DNA from: an uncultured Desulfurococcaceae archaeon
GTDB lineage: Archaea > Thermoproteota > Thermoprotei_A > Sulfolobales > NBVN01
Length of the DNA: 28,541 bases
Assembly (NCBI GenBank): GCA_964479035.1
Contig: CAYZJX010000001.1
Location: forward strand, 3,878-32,418
Direction: 5' to 3'
Shown here: positions 9,632 to 17,858 of the stretch, piece after piece
Layout: each line of letters opens with the position of its first letter
How positions within the stretch are numbered: position 1 is the stretch's first letter
Notes under the pieces: generated by a model
What the model was told of the DNA's origin: nothing
Database searches by the model: none
What the model saw: the letters and a program-made list of their open reading frames with translations, nothing else
Position numbers and translations under genes: made by a program

Positions 9632-10054
9632 GTGGTGAGCGAGAAGCTAATAAGGTACTCTCCCTGGTTAATTCACTTTAATACTGGTGCATGTAATGGC
9701 TGCGACATAGAGGTGCTTGCCGCCTTAACGCCATTTTTTGACCCTGAGCGAATGGGTGTTAAGCTAGCTCCTAACCCCAGGCATGCCGATATCATGGTAG
9801 TTACTGGTGCGGTAACTAAGAAAGCTGCCTCCAGGCTTAAGAGACTTTATGAACAGATGCCCAGCCCGAAGTATGTTATTGCTGTTGGTGCGTGCGCGAT
9901 AAGTGGGGGAGTATTTGCAGGGTCTTACTCGACGGTTTCAGGGGCAGATAAAGTGGTACCCGTCGACATGTATATTCCAGGGTGTCCGCCTAAACCTGAA
10001 GCAATACTTGATGGAATTGTTAAGCTGCTCCTGAAGGTGGGTAAAAGTGGGTGA
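9632..10054 (+). CDS. mbhJ: Group 4 [NiFe]-hydrogenase small subunit (NuoB-like)
   Basis: CNGCDIE, PRHAD, GAVT, AVGACA..GG and YIPGCPPKPE. Confidence 0.92.
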   Translation: MVSEKLIRYSPWLIHFNTGACNGCDIEVLAALTPFFDPERMGVKLAPNPRHADIMVVTGAVTKKAASRLKRLYEQMPSPKYVIAVGACAISGGVFAGSYSTVSGADKVVPVDMYIPGCPPKPEAILDGIVKLLLKVGKSG

Positions 10055-10490
10055 GTTGCTTAACTACCTTAAGAGCATTGCTAAGGAATTTAAGGAGCAA
10101 GTGGATCAAGGCAGGAGATACATAGTTGTTATTGATGCAGATAAAATAAGGGAGGTAGCAGCTAAAATTAAGGAACTAGGCAAAGAGACATACATTTCAA
10201 CAATCTCAACTGTTGATTTGATTCAGGAGGGCATCATACAATTAAACTACTGCTTCTGGTCTCTAGAGGAGAAAGCCATGATAGTACTTAGAATTAACTT
10301 ACCCAGAGATAATCCCCACATACAAACAATATCAGATATCATACCGGGTGCTTGTAATGGCGAGCAGGAGGCATATGATCTAATGGGTATTTACTTTGAA
10401 GGGAATCCAAGCCTTAGGAGATCTTTCCTAGCACCTGAGGAAGTAGCTAAAGAGGGAGTTTACCCGCTGAGAAAAGACTTTAAGGGGTGA
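10047..10490 (+). CDS. mbhK: NuoC-like hydrogenase subunit
   Basis: ISTISTVD, EQEAYDLMGIYFEGNP and YPLRKD motifs; position between the small and large subunit genes. Confidence 0.88.
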   Translation: MGELLNYLKSIAKEFKEQVDQGRRYIVVIDADKIREVAAKIKELGKETYISTISTVDLIQEGIIQLNYCFWSLEEKAMIVLRINLPRDNPHIQTISDIIPGACNGEQEAYDLMGIYFEGNPSLRRSFLAPEEVAKEGVYPLRKDFKG

Positions 10491-11653
10491 TGCTGATGTC
10501 AATAGTTGAAATTCCTGTAGGCCCCCAACACCCAGCTCTTCATGAGCCAATAATGCTTAGGGTTAGGTTAGATGGAGAAGAAGTAGTTGGTGTTGACGTA
10601 GTTACAGGGTATAATCACCGAGGTGTTGAGAAACTTAGTGAGAGTCGTACCTGGGTAAGAAATATATACTTATTTAGCAGGATTTGCGGAATATGCAATA
10701 CTGTACATCAGCAAGCTTATGTTCAGGGTGTGGAAAAGCTAATGGATATTGAACCGCCACCTAGAGCTAACTATATTAGAACAATAATGATGGAGCTTGA
10801 AAGGATACACTCACACATGATTATATGCGCCATTATGGCTGAGGTAATAGGATTTGACAGCTTATTTATGTTAATAATGAGGGATAGAGAGGTAGTTATG
10901 GGCTTAAAAGAGTTAATTGCTGGCAATAGGGTTCATGCTGATATACATATTTTTGGTGGTGTTAAGAGAGATATTGACGACAAAATAAGAGGTACTGTAC
11001 TACGCAAACTAGTGGGAATTGAGGAGAGAATTAAGTACTATAGGAAGGTTTTCGAAGAAGACTTCACTATACGAAAGAGATTAGTTGATGCCGGAATAAT
11101 AAAGTATCATGAAGCAATAGAGCACTCTTTAGTTGGTCCAACCCTCAGGGGGTCGGGTGTTAAGTCCGATGTTAGAGCAGATGATCCATATGCAGCTTAC
11201 GGTGAAATACCATTTAATGTAATCACAAGGGATGAGGGTGATTCATGGGCAAGAATGTTAGTTAGGTGGGATGAGGCTCTTGAGTCTGTCAATATAGTCA
11301 GGTATGCACTAGAGCATTTACCTAGTGGACCTGCAATACCTAAAACTATTAAGAGAGCTGCACCACCAGGTGAGGTATTTTCTAGGGCTGAGGCACCTAG
11401 GGGTGAGCTGTTCTATCATATAATTAGTAAGGGCGGGCAGAACCCATACAGAGTGAAGGTCAGAACACCCTCATTCAATAACATCGTAAATGGCGTATTT
11501 GCATATAGAGGTGCTAAGCTCGCAGATGTTCCAGTCATACTAACTTCCTTCGATCCATGTATTTCGTGTACTGAAAGAGTTCTAGTTATTGATGAGAGAA
11601 GAGGAGTCAAAAAATTCATAAGATTAAAGGAGCTTGCCTTACTCCAGAGGTGA
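10487..11653 (+). CDS. mbhL: Group 4 [NiFe]-hydrogenase large (catalytic) subunit
   Basis: GPQHP, HRGVEK, both Ni-binding motifs intact (RICGIC; DPCISCTER) and a cleavable C-terminal tail after the Arg. The likely start is ATG 10496, after the GGGGTGA SD. Confidence 0.95.
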   Translation: MMLMSIVEIPVGPQHPALHEPIMLRVRLDGEEVVGVDVVTGYNHRGVEKLSESRTWVRNIYLFSRICGICNTVHQQAYVQGVEKLMDIEPPPRANYIRTIMMELERIHSHMIICAIMAEVIGFDSLFMLIMRDREVVMGLKELIAGNRVHADIHIFGGVKRDIDDKIRGTVLRKLVGIEERIKYYRKVFEEDFTIRKRLVDAGIIKYHEAIEHSLVGPTLRGSGVKSDVRADDPYAAYGEIPFNVITRDEGDSWARMLVRWDEALESVNIVRYALEHLPSGPAIPKTIKRAAPPGEVFSRAEAPRGELFYHIISKGGQNPYRVKVRTPSFNNIVNGVFAYRGAKLADVPVILTSFDPCISCTERVLVIDERRGVKKFIRLKELALLQR

Positions 11654-11657
11654 TGGT

Positions 11658-12056
11658 ATGCTCAAGCTACTTAAGGAAATAGTTTCAAACGTATTCAAAA
11701 AGCCAGTAACTATAGAGTACCCTAAAATCAGGCCTCTCCCTACAGATAGGCTCAGAGGTAGACAGTATCCTGACTTGAGAAAATGTATTGGATGCTCGCT
11801 ATGCTTCATAGACTGCCCCTCAAACGCAATTAAAATGGAAAAGCTGCCTAAACAGCTACCACATAACAAGAGAGGAATTTTCCCTGTTATTGACTATGGT
11901 AAGTGTCTATTTTGCTATCAGTGCGTCTTTGTATGTCCTGTAAAAGCTTATGTAGTAACAACAGAGTATGAGCTAGCTGGAGCTGAACTCGAGAATTCAG
12001 AGCAATTAAGCCTTAAAACACTATCTCGAACTAGTCAGCAAGAGCAGAGTAGCTAA
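11658..12056 (+). CDS. mbhN: 2x[4Fe-4S] NuoI-like subunit
   Basis: PVTIEYP..RG, CIGCSLCFIDCP and CLFCYQCVFVCP. Start placed at ATG 11658, after the GAGGTGA SD. Confidence 0.92.
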   Translation: MLKLLKEIVSNVFKKPVTIEYPKIRPLPTDRLRGRQYPDLRKCIGCSLCFIDCPSNAIKMEKLPKQLPHNKRGIFPVIDYGKCLFCYQCVFVCPVKAYVVTTEYELAGAELENSEQLSLKTLSRTSQQEQSS

Positions 12057-12059
12057 AGG

Positions 12060-12093
12060 TGAGGTAGTTGGTTAAACTTAATTTACTACCTCA
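12060..12093 (+). repeat. 9-bp perfect hairpin (TGAGGTAGT-n16-ACTACCTCA) in the mbhN-mbhB spacer
   Basis: Read directly from the sequence: 12060-12068 pairs with 12085-12093. Confidence 0.45.
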
Positions 12094-12113
12094 ATTATTT
12101 TAGGGGGAGTGGG

Positions 12114-12407
12114 ATGACCCTAGAGCCGGGAGAGTCAACGGTAATTACGATGCTCATAGCGATCCTGCCTATATTTATAACAGCATACATACTCTACTTA
12201 GTAAGAGCTATTAGAGGGCCGACAATAACCGACACCGTATTAGCTATTGATGCATTCTTCTTTGATGTTACCGTATTTGTGGCTGTCTTAGGCTTAATAT
12301 TCAAGCAGCCTATAATGATGGTCGTAGCTATGCTTTTTGCTTTATGGGCTTATGCGCTTGATGTATATGTAGCTAAATATCTCGAAAGAGGTGAAATGGG
12401 TGATTAA
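12114..12407 (+). CDS. mbhB: Mrp antiporter subunit F-like
   Basis: 97 aa with three TM helices and the RAIRGPT..D.VLAID motif of MrpF/MnhF. Confidence 0.85.
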   Translation: MTLEPGESTVITMLIAILPIFITAYILYLVRAIRGPTITDTVLAIDAFFFDVTVFVAVLGLIFKQPIMMVVAMLFALWAYALDVYVAKYLERGEMGD

Positions 12408-12768
12408 CACCATCTTAATCTATTTGGGGTGGGTTCTGCTATTAATAGGTGCTGTAGCAGACCTAATAGCAGCTATAGGACTTAATAGATTTCCGAATTT
12501 CTTCGTAAGGTTACATGCAGCAACAATAGGTACTATAGGAGGAGCATTTTATCCATTACTTGGTGTAGCCCTAATAGCGTTTGGTGCTGAGTTCGTCGGA
12601 CCCTATAGGTTCTTTATGGGTGGAGCAGCATTAGTTACAGCATTTCTAATACTACTCCTAGCACCAGCTGGCTCACATGCCTTAGCCAGGGCAGCTCACA
12701 GAAGTAAGTTAGTGAAGCCAGAACCAGTAGTAGTTGATCACCTCGAGGAAGATGGAGGTGGTGAATAA
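12400..12768 (+). CDS. mbhC: Mrp antiporter subunit G-like
   Basis: G..RFPNFFVRLHAAT and P.GSHALARAA motifs. GTG 12400 follows the GAGGTGA SD (the ORF track uses 12391). Confidence 0.87.
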   Translation: MINTILIYLGWVLLLIGAVADLIAAIGLNRFPNFFVRLHAATIGTIGGAFYPLLGVALIAFGAEFVGPYRFFMGGAALVTAFLILLLAPAGSHALARAAHRSKLVKPEPVVVDHLEEDGGGE

Positions 12769-12770
12769 AG

Positions 12771-13022
12771 GTGGATTTAACAATGGTCTTATTAGCGGTT
12801 TTCGCTGGTATCGCCTTGTTCTTTGCCTACTTAGCTATATCAGAGCGCAATTTAGTCAGAGCCTTAATATATTCAGCTGTCCAAAGCAGTGCATTTGCAT
12901 TCATTTTCTACCTGCTCAGGGCTCCCGATATCGTCCTTGTATATGTACCCATATCAGTCGGTATATATCCAGCCGCAATACTCTTCCTAATAAGGAAGAC
13001 AAAGGAGGTAGAAGAGCCGTGA
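12771..13022 (+). CDS. mbhD: MbhD / DUF4040 (MrpA C-terminal-like) membrane subunit
   Basis: 83 aa with three TM helices and the L.APDI motif. GTG start 2 nt after the mbhC stop; its stop overlaps the next GTG. Confidence 0.8.
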   Translation: MDLTMVLLAVFAGIALFFAYLAISERNLVRALIYSAVQSSAFAFIFYLLRAPDIVLVYVPISVGIYPAAILFLIRKTKEVEEP

Positions 13023-13825
13023 GGAAGATTTTGATAGCTGCTTCAATAGTCATCATAGCTGTGGTGTCCTCCATAGCAGTTACTCTAGGAGGTGCACTAG
13101 GGCCCTTATTTGGTGGCGTTAGATCACTAGCTGAGTTCTACCTTCTTAACGTATTCAACGCTCGTAATGAGACATTAACAGCTATGTCACCTGAGGCGGT
13201 AACATCCATTGTATGGGACTATAGAGGCCTAGATACACTATTTGAGACCGTGGTATTTTATATGGCGATAATAGGGTGTGTAGCACTTCATAGAGGGATA
13301 GAATTAATTAGGAAAGGAGCTGAGATAGGATTATCTAGAATAGTGAAGACTGTCACAAAAATCCTAATCCCGCTGAACATAGTTATAGCAGCTTCAATAG
13401 CACTGCACGGCCACCTCACACCTGGAGGAGGATTCCAGGCAGGGGCAGCAATGGCTGTTGCACCAATAATAGTTATAGTCGTCTTCTCTAGGTTCTTCTT
13501 AATAAGGAAGGGCATTACTAAGGAGGTGGCGCTGTCTCTTAGGTCTATGGGGCTACTGGGTATAGCGCTAGTTGCGTTAATTCCACTAGTAGCTTGGGCA
13601 ACAACAGGCTGTACTGCTTACGTGATGCAGAACCAAATGAAGGCTGACTCGAGCTTTAGCTTCCCCGCATATATCGGCGACTCACTGGTTTCAGGGTCAC
13701 TCATATGGTACAATATCTTCGAATTCCTGGCTGTAACATTCGGGTTTGCCATAGTTTTCCTGCTGCTCTCAGTGGATGAAAAGACAGTGAAGAAGGTACT
13801 GGAGGGTGAAAAGCATGGGTACTAG
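13019..13825 (+). CDS. MrpB-like subunit (fused MbhE + MbhF)
   Basis: VTSIVWDYRGLDTLFE (MbhE-type) and HGHLTPGGGFQAG (MbhF/MrpB-type) occur in one ORF. The start is GTG 13019; the 12734 start in the ORF track overlaps mbhD in another frame. Confidence 0.85.
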   Translation: MRKILIAASIVIIAVVSSIAVTLGGALGPLFGGVRSLAEFYLLNVFNARNETLTAMSPEAVTSIVWDYRGLDTLFETVVFYMAIIGCVALHRGIELIRKGAEIGLSRIVKTVTKILIPLNIVIAASIALHGHLTPGGGFQAGAAMAVAPIIVIVVFSRFFLIRKGITKEVALSLRSMGLLGIALVALIPLVAWATTGCTAYVMQNQMKADSSFSFPAYIGDSLVSGSLIWYNIFEFLAVTFGFAIVFLLLSVDEKTVKKVLEGEKHGY

Positions 13826-14222
13826 TTCAATAGATCTATTCTTAGGTAACTTCATATTAATAGCAATTATCGGAACTATAGCTGTGTCGCTCTACGGTAT
13901 AGTAGCTAAGCCTAATTTAATCAAGAAGATAATAGCACTGACAATATTCACAGATACAGCAAATGTAATAGCAATACTCATAGGTTTTAGGAAGCCGCCG
14001 TCAGTACCACCAGTATTTACAGGTGACTTAACTAGACCTCCCACACTTGAGGAATTAAGAATTTTTGCAAGTTCTGCAGTAGACCCACTGCCACAGGCAC
14101 TGGTCTTAACAGCCATAGTCATAGGTATGGCTGTCAACCTATTAATTATCTTCATCACACTCCAGGTATTCAGGCTCTACGGAACTGTTGATATGAGAAG
14201 GGTGAGGGAGCTGAGGGGGTGA
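13815..14222 (+). CDS. mbhG: Mrp antiporter subunit C-like
   Basis: NLIKKIIAL and DPLPQALVLTAIVIG motifs. ATG 13815 follows GGAGGGTGA. Confidence 0.9.
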   Translation: MGTSSIDLFLGNFILIAIIGTIAVSLYGIVAKPNLIKKIIALTIFTDTANVIAILIGFRKPPSVPPVFTGDLTRPPTLEELRIFASSAVDPLPQALVLTAIVIGMAVNLLIIFITLQVFRLYGTVDMRRVRELRG

Positions 14223-14228
14223 GAAGCT

Positions 14229-14738
14229 GTGGTTAAGAGATTAGTAAAGGCTATAACACCAGCTATAGTTGCATTCCTTACTTACATAGTCTTCACAGGG
14301 AGCGTGAGATCGTACGACATTATAACAGGTATTGTAGTATCTATTGTAGCTGGTGTTATCACAGCAGAGTTGCTAGTGATGTCACCGCTGAAGGCCTTAA
14401 ATCCGGTAAGGCTCTTCTGGCTTATTGTTTACGGACTATACTACTTAATAATAGCTGAACCTAAGGCGCACTTTGATGTTGCTAAGAGGATAGTTAATCC
14501 TAAAATGCCTATTAAGCCAGGCATAGTGAGGGTACCATTTAGTGTTAAGACAGATTACGCAATAACCTCAATAGCAAACTCAATAACAAATACACCAGGT
14601 ACTGTTGTAGTAGACCTAAATACTAAGAAGCAAATATATTACGTGCACTGGATCGATGTTAGAGCACCGGACCCCAAGACAACCTTCGAGCATATATCAA
14701 AGATGTTTGAGCACTTCATTAAGAAGGTGTTCGAGTAG
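14229..14738 (+). CDS. mbhA: Mrp antiporter subunit E-like
   Basis: PGIVRVP, ANSITNTPGT..VD and YVHWID motifs of MrpE/MnhE. Confidence 0.9.
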   Translation: MVKRLVKAITPAIVAFLTYIVFTGSVRSYDIITGIVVSIVAGVITAELLVMSPLKALNPVRLFWLIVYGLYYLIIAEPKAHFDVAKRIVNPKMPIKPGIVRVPFSVKTDYAITSIANSITNTPGTVVVDLNTKKQIYYVHWIDVRAPDPKTTFEHISKMFEHFIKKVFE

Positions 14739-14749
14739 GGGGTGAGGTC

Positions 14750-16354
14750 ATGTACGCATCAATAGGATTCATAACACCGTTCCTCGTGGCCGTTGCGTTC
14801 TTCATTCCACTACTTACACTATTAACTAAAAAGAAGGCTATATTTGACTCTCTGATGATTACAGCAGCATTCATAGCTATGGTATTAACTTGGTATAATT
14901 ACTTTCTCGTAAAGTCCATTGGAGAGCCTATTGTATATACCTTTGGCGGCTGGCCGCCACCAATAGGTATTGTTTATGAGGTTGATGAGCTTTCAGCCGT
15001 TCTTGCAGTAGTAACCTCAACAATTATGTTTCTCGTAGGGCTCTACAGCATCTGGTACCTTAAGGGTACTAAAGGCTTTGAGTGGTTCTATACTCTTTAC
15101 TTGGGTCTTGAAGCAGGTATGGTAGGATGCATATACACTGGTGATGCATTCAACTTATTCGTTATGCTTGAAGTAATGTCTGTGTCAGCTTACGCCTTAG
15201 TTGCGTTCTATAGATCGTCTAAGGAAGCTGTAGAAGCCAGCATTAAGTACGCGATAATAGGTGCTGTTTCAACAACAATATACTTCATAGCGCTAATGTT
15301 TATTTACGGCGCATTCGGCACGCTTAACATGGCTGAATTAGCAGCAAGAGTCAGGTCGCTAACATCATATCCATTATTTACTGGTGGATTTTTGACACCA
15401 CCACCAGCAAATATTAGTCTCGCAGCAAGTATAGCACTAGCCCTCTCACTCTGGGCTTTCACATTTAAAGCAGCAGTTTTCCCGAATCACTTCTGGCTGC
15501 CGGACGCGCATCCAGCAGCTCCAACACCCGTCTCAGCAATTCTTTCGGGCTTAGTGGTTAATGTAGGTGCTTACGCCATCATAAGATTTTTCTACACTAT
15601 ACTTGGATGGGACTCGATGAAGTCCATATCATCAGCTGTTTCTTCAGCGGCAGCTATTCTAGTGGTTCTAGGTGGCGCTTCAGCATTAATTGCTTCAGCA
15701 TTAATGCTTGTTCAAAAAGATATTAAAAGGCTAATAGCATACAGTACAATACTGCACCTAGGGCTTATAGTATCAGCTGCAAGTCTGGGAACTAATACAG
15801 GACTTGCTGGGAGCATGTATCACATAGTAACACACGCAGTAGGTAAGGCACTGCTCTTCCTTACAGCAGGTGTTGTAATAAAGATGGTGGGTTCTAGGAG
15901 CATTGATGATATAGCTGGAGTTGCTAGGAGAGCACCGCTTACAATATTTGCTATGGTGGTTGCAGTATTTTCACTAGTTGGTATACCTCCATTCGGAGGC
16001 TTCTTCAGTAAATTAGTTCTTTACCAAGCATTCATTACCTCACCCCATGTATACATGGTTGCAGTACTCCTGATATCATCAGCTCTGGCACTACTGGCTT
16101 ACACTAAGATACTATATGTCGCATGGTTTAGGCATCCGATAAGGGAATTTAGAGTAGAGCGTGAGAGTCCATTATCTACTGCTACTTTAATTACTATGGC
16201 TTTAATTCTCGTACTTTTAGGAATACTATCACCTATAATTTATGATAGTGTATTCATGTCTGCAGCATACTCAGTCACTAACTATTTAAGCTACATTAAT
16301 TCAGCTCATAATGCACTTGCATCATATTTAACCTCACTGGTGGGAGGTGGGTGA
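14750..16354 (+). CDS. mbhH: MrpD/NuoN-like proton-conducting membrane subunit
   Basis: GGWPPP.GI, DAFNLFVMLEV, KAAVFP.HFWLPDAH, KRLIAYST, HAVGKALLF and G.PPFGGFFSK. Confidence 0.92.
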   Translation: MYASIGFITPFLVAVAFFIPLLTLLTKKKAIFDSLMITAAFIAMVLTWYNYFLVKSIGEPIVYTFGGWPPPIGIVYEVDELSAVLAVVTSTIMFLVGLYSIWYLKGTKGFEWFYTLYLGLEAGMVGCIYTGDAFNLFVMLEVMSVSAYALVAFYRSSKEAVEASIKYAIIGAVSTTIYFIALMFIYGAFGTLNMAELAARVRSLTSYPLFTGGFLTPPPANISLAASIALALSLWAFTFKAAVFPNHFWLPDAHPAAPTPVSAILSGLVVNVGAYAIIRFFYTILGWDSMKSISSAVSSAAAILVVLGGASALIASALMLVQKDIKRLIAYSTILHLGLIVSAASLGTNTGLAGSMYHIVTHAVGKALLFLTAGVVIKMVGSRSIDDIAGVARRAPLTIFAMVVAVFSLVGIPPFGGFFSKLVLYQAFITSPHVYMVAVLLISSALALLAYTKILYVAWFRHPIREFRVERESPLSTATLITMALILVLLGILSPIIYDSVFMSAAYSVTNYLSYINSAHNALASYLTSLVGGG

Positions 16355-16358
16355 AGGA

Positions 16359-16706
16359 ATGCAGGTGACATTAGACCCATTCACTCTCATGTTGGTCATA
16401 TCGTCAGGCCTTCTAATACTCGCATGCATACTTGTTATTGCGATGTACCTCGTTGTATCTAGAAAGGTTAGGGTAACGAGTGCTTACTTATGTGGTGAGG
16501 ACGAGAAAGACTTCAGTAAGTCATTATCTCCTGGTGGTTCACCAATGTACTGGGGGGCTACAGAGGTACTTAAAAAGTGCCTTAAGGTGTTGAGAGAAAG
16601 TATACACACAGGTTTTATAGATGATTGGTTTAGTCTTATGATACCCTTCATGATGGTACTTGTTATGGTAGCTGTTGCCGCATCTGTAATAATGAAGGGG
16701 GTGTAA
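16359..16706 (+). CDS. mbhI: MbhI-like small membrane subunit
   Basis: Two TM helices flank YLCGE...HTG..DDW. It sits between the MrpD-like and NuoH-like genes. The GTG at 16347 is an alternative start. Confidence 0.7.
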   Translation: MQVTLDPFTLMLVISSGLLILACILVIAMYLVVSRKVRVTSAYLCGEDEKDFSKSLSPGGSPMYWGATEVLKKCLKVLRESIHTGFIDDWFSLMIPFMMVLVMVAVAASVIMKGV

Positions 16707-16708
16707 AC

Positions 16709-17686
16709 ATGATGTCCAATCCGTTGCTAATAATATTTGAGGTGTTTGTGTTCCCTGGCTTCCTATTTCTATGTCTACTCGCACTAGTTAGTCAGTGGTT
16801 TAAGCGTAAGATAATAGCTAGGATGCAGAATAGAATGGGTCCTACTTACGTGGGTCCTATAGGTTTAGCGCAGCCATTTGCAGATGCATTAAAATTGTTT
16901 TTTGTTAAAGAGCTAGTCGTAAATAGAGGAATTTTATGGGCGGTAGCACTATTCGTAGCTACGCTTGGCATTTGTGCTATTTCAGCATCAACACTGCTCT
17001 TACCGATAGCTCCGGTACAGTTAGTCTCACCTTACGATGTCTTTGTATTGATTTACGTACTACTTTATGCTACCTTCGCGTTCATCCTAATAGGGCTAAT
17101 GTCATCAAATCCATTTAGTGCTATGGGATCATCGAGGTACATGGCAATGATAGCTATTGCGGAGCCTGCACTAGCGCTCTCACTGGTAGCTAGTGCTTTA
17201 GTCTATTATAATATACTTCCGCTATCAATAGGAGTTACATTAGCTGTTAGTCCGCCATCGCTGTATGATGCTATAGTAACCATATTTGTAGGTATCTCAC
17301 TTTTCATAATATTGCTAGCGAAGGGTATGTTAAAACCCTACGATATTCCTGAAGCTGAAACAGAAATAGCAGGAGGGTTTGCAGCTGAATTAAGCGGTCC
17401 ATTACTTGGTATGGTTATGTTACTGCATGATGCAGAAATATCATTCTTAACTCTCCTTTATACATTCCTAGTACTTAAGGGGCCATACCCCTTCACACTT
17501 GCAGATCCTGCTGGCTGGGTGGTGGTATTTGCTAAATACTTCTTCATACTGTTCATGGCATCAGCTATTGTTGCATCAGTTGGTAGATTAAGAATAGAGC
17601 AGGCACTAAGGCATCTGCTAAGATATAGCTTAGCACTATCAATAATCGCTTTCGTAATCGCACTTACTTTTAGATATTTAGCTTAA
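16709..17686 (+). CDS. mbhM: NuoH-like membrane anchor subunit
   Basis: RKIIARMQNRMGP, QPFADALKL and PYDIPEAETEI.GG...E.SG motifs. Confidence 0.93.
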   Translation: MMSNPLLIIFEVFVFPGFLFLCLLALVSQWFKRKIIARMQNRMGPTYVGPIGLAQPFADALKLFFVKELVVNRGILWAVALFVATLGICAISASTLLLPIAPVQLVSPYDVFVLIYVLLYATFAFILIGLMSSNPFSAMGSSRYMAMIAIAEPALALSLVASALVYYNILPLSIGVTLAVSPPSLYDAIVTIFVGISLFIILLAKGMLKPYDIPEAETEIAGGFAAELSGPLLGMVMLLHDAEISFLTLLYTFLVLKGPYPFTLADPAGWVVVFAKYFFILFMASAIVASVGRLRIEQALRHLLRYSLALSIIAFVIALTFRYLA

Positions 17687-17697
17687 ATAATTACTAC

Positions 17698-17853
17698 TTA
17701 GTATAAACCCCTACTTTTTCTTAAATATGAGTCAACGCATTCCTTAACACAATCTAAAAAAGCTGTACCCGAATAACCGCTTTCAGCACATAACTCACGG
17801 CATCTGCGGACAATGTGTTGTCTATCTAGTTCCTCATTTAATGAATTAGGCAA
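17698..17853 (-). CDS. Unannotated 51-aa twin-CX3C miniprotein
   Basis: Hand translation gives MPNSLNEELDRQHIVRRCRELCAESGYSGTAFLDCVKECVDSYLRKSRGLY. The TTG start is 5 nt after the upstream gene's stop, with a GTGAGGGAG SD-like sequence before it. The ORF fills the gap almost exactly. Confidence 0.65.
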   Translation of the reverse strand: MPNSLNEELDRQHIVRRCRELCAESGYSGTAFLDCVKECVDSYLRKSRGLY

Positions 17854-17858
17854 GGAAT

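Noticed and set aside
10487-11653. Possible NiFeSe (selenocysteine) or Mbx-type large subunit
   Set aside because: All four ligands are ordinary Cys codons (RICGIC, DPCISC), with no in-frame TGA.
12734-13018. N-terminal 95 codons of the 363-aa ORF in the track
   Set aside because: They overlap the genuine mbhD gene in another frame and read as non-protein-like. The MrpB-like protein plausibly starts at GTG 13019.
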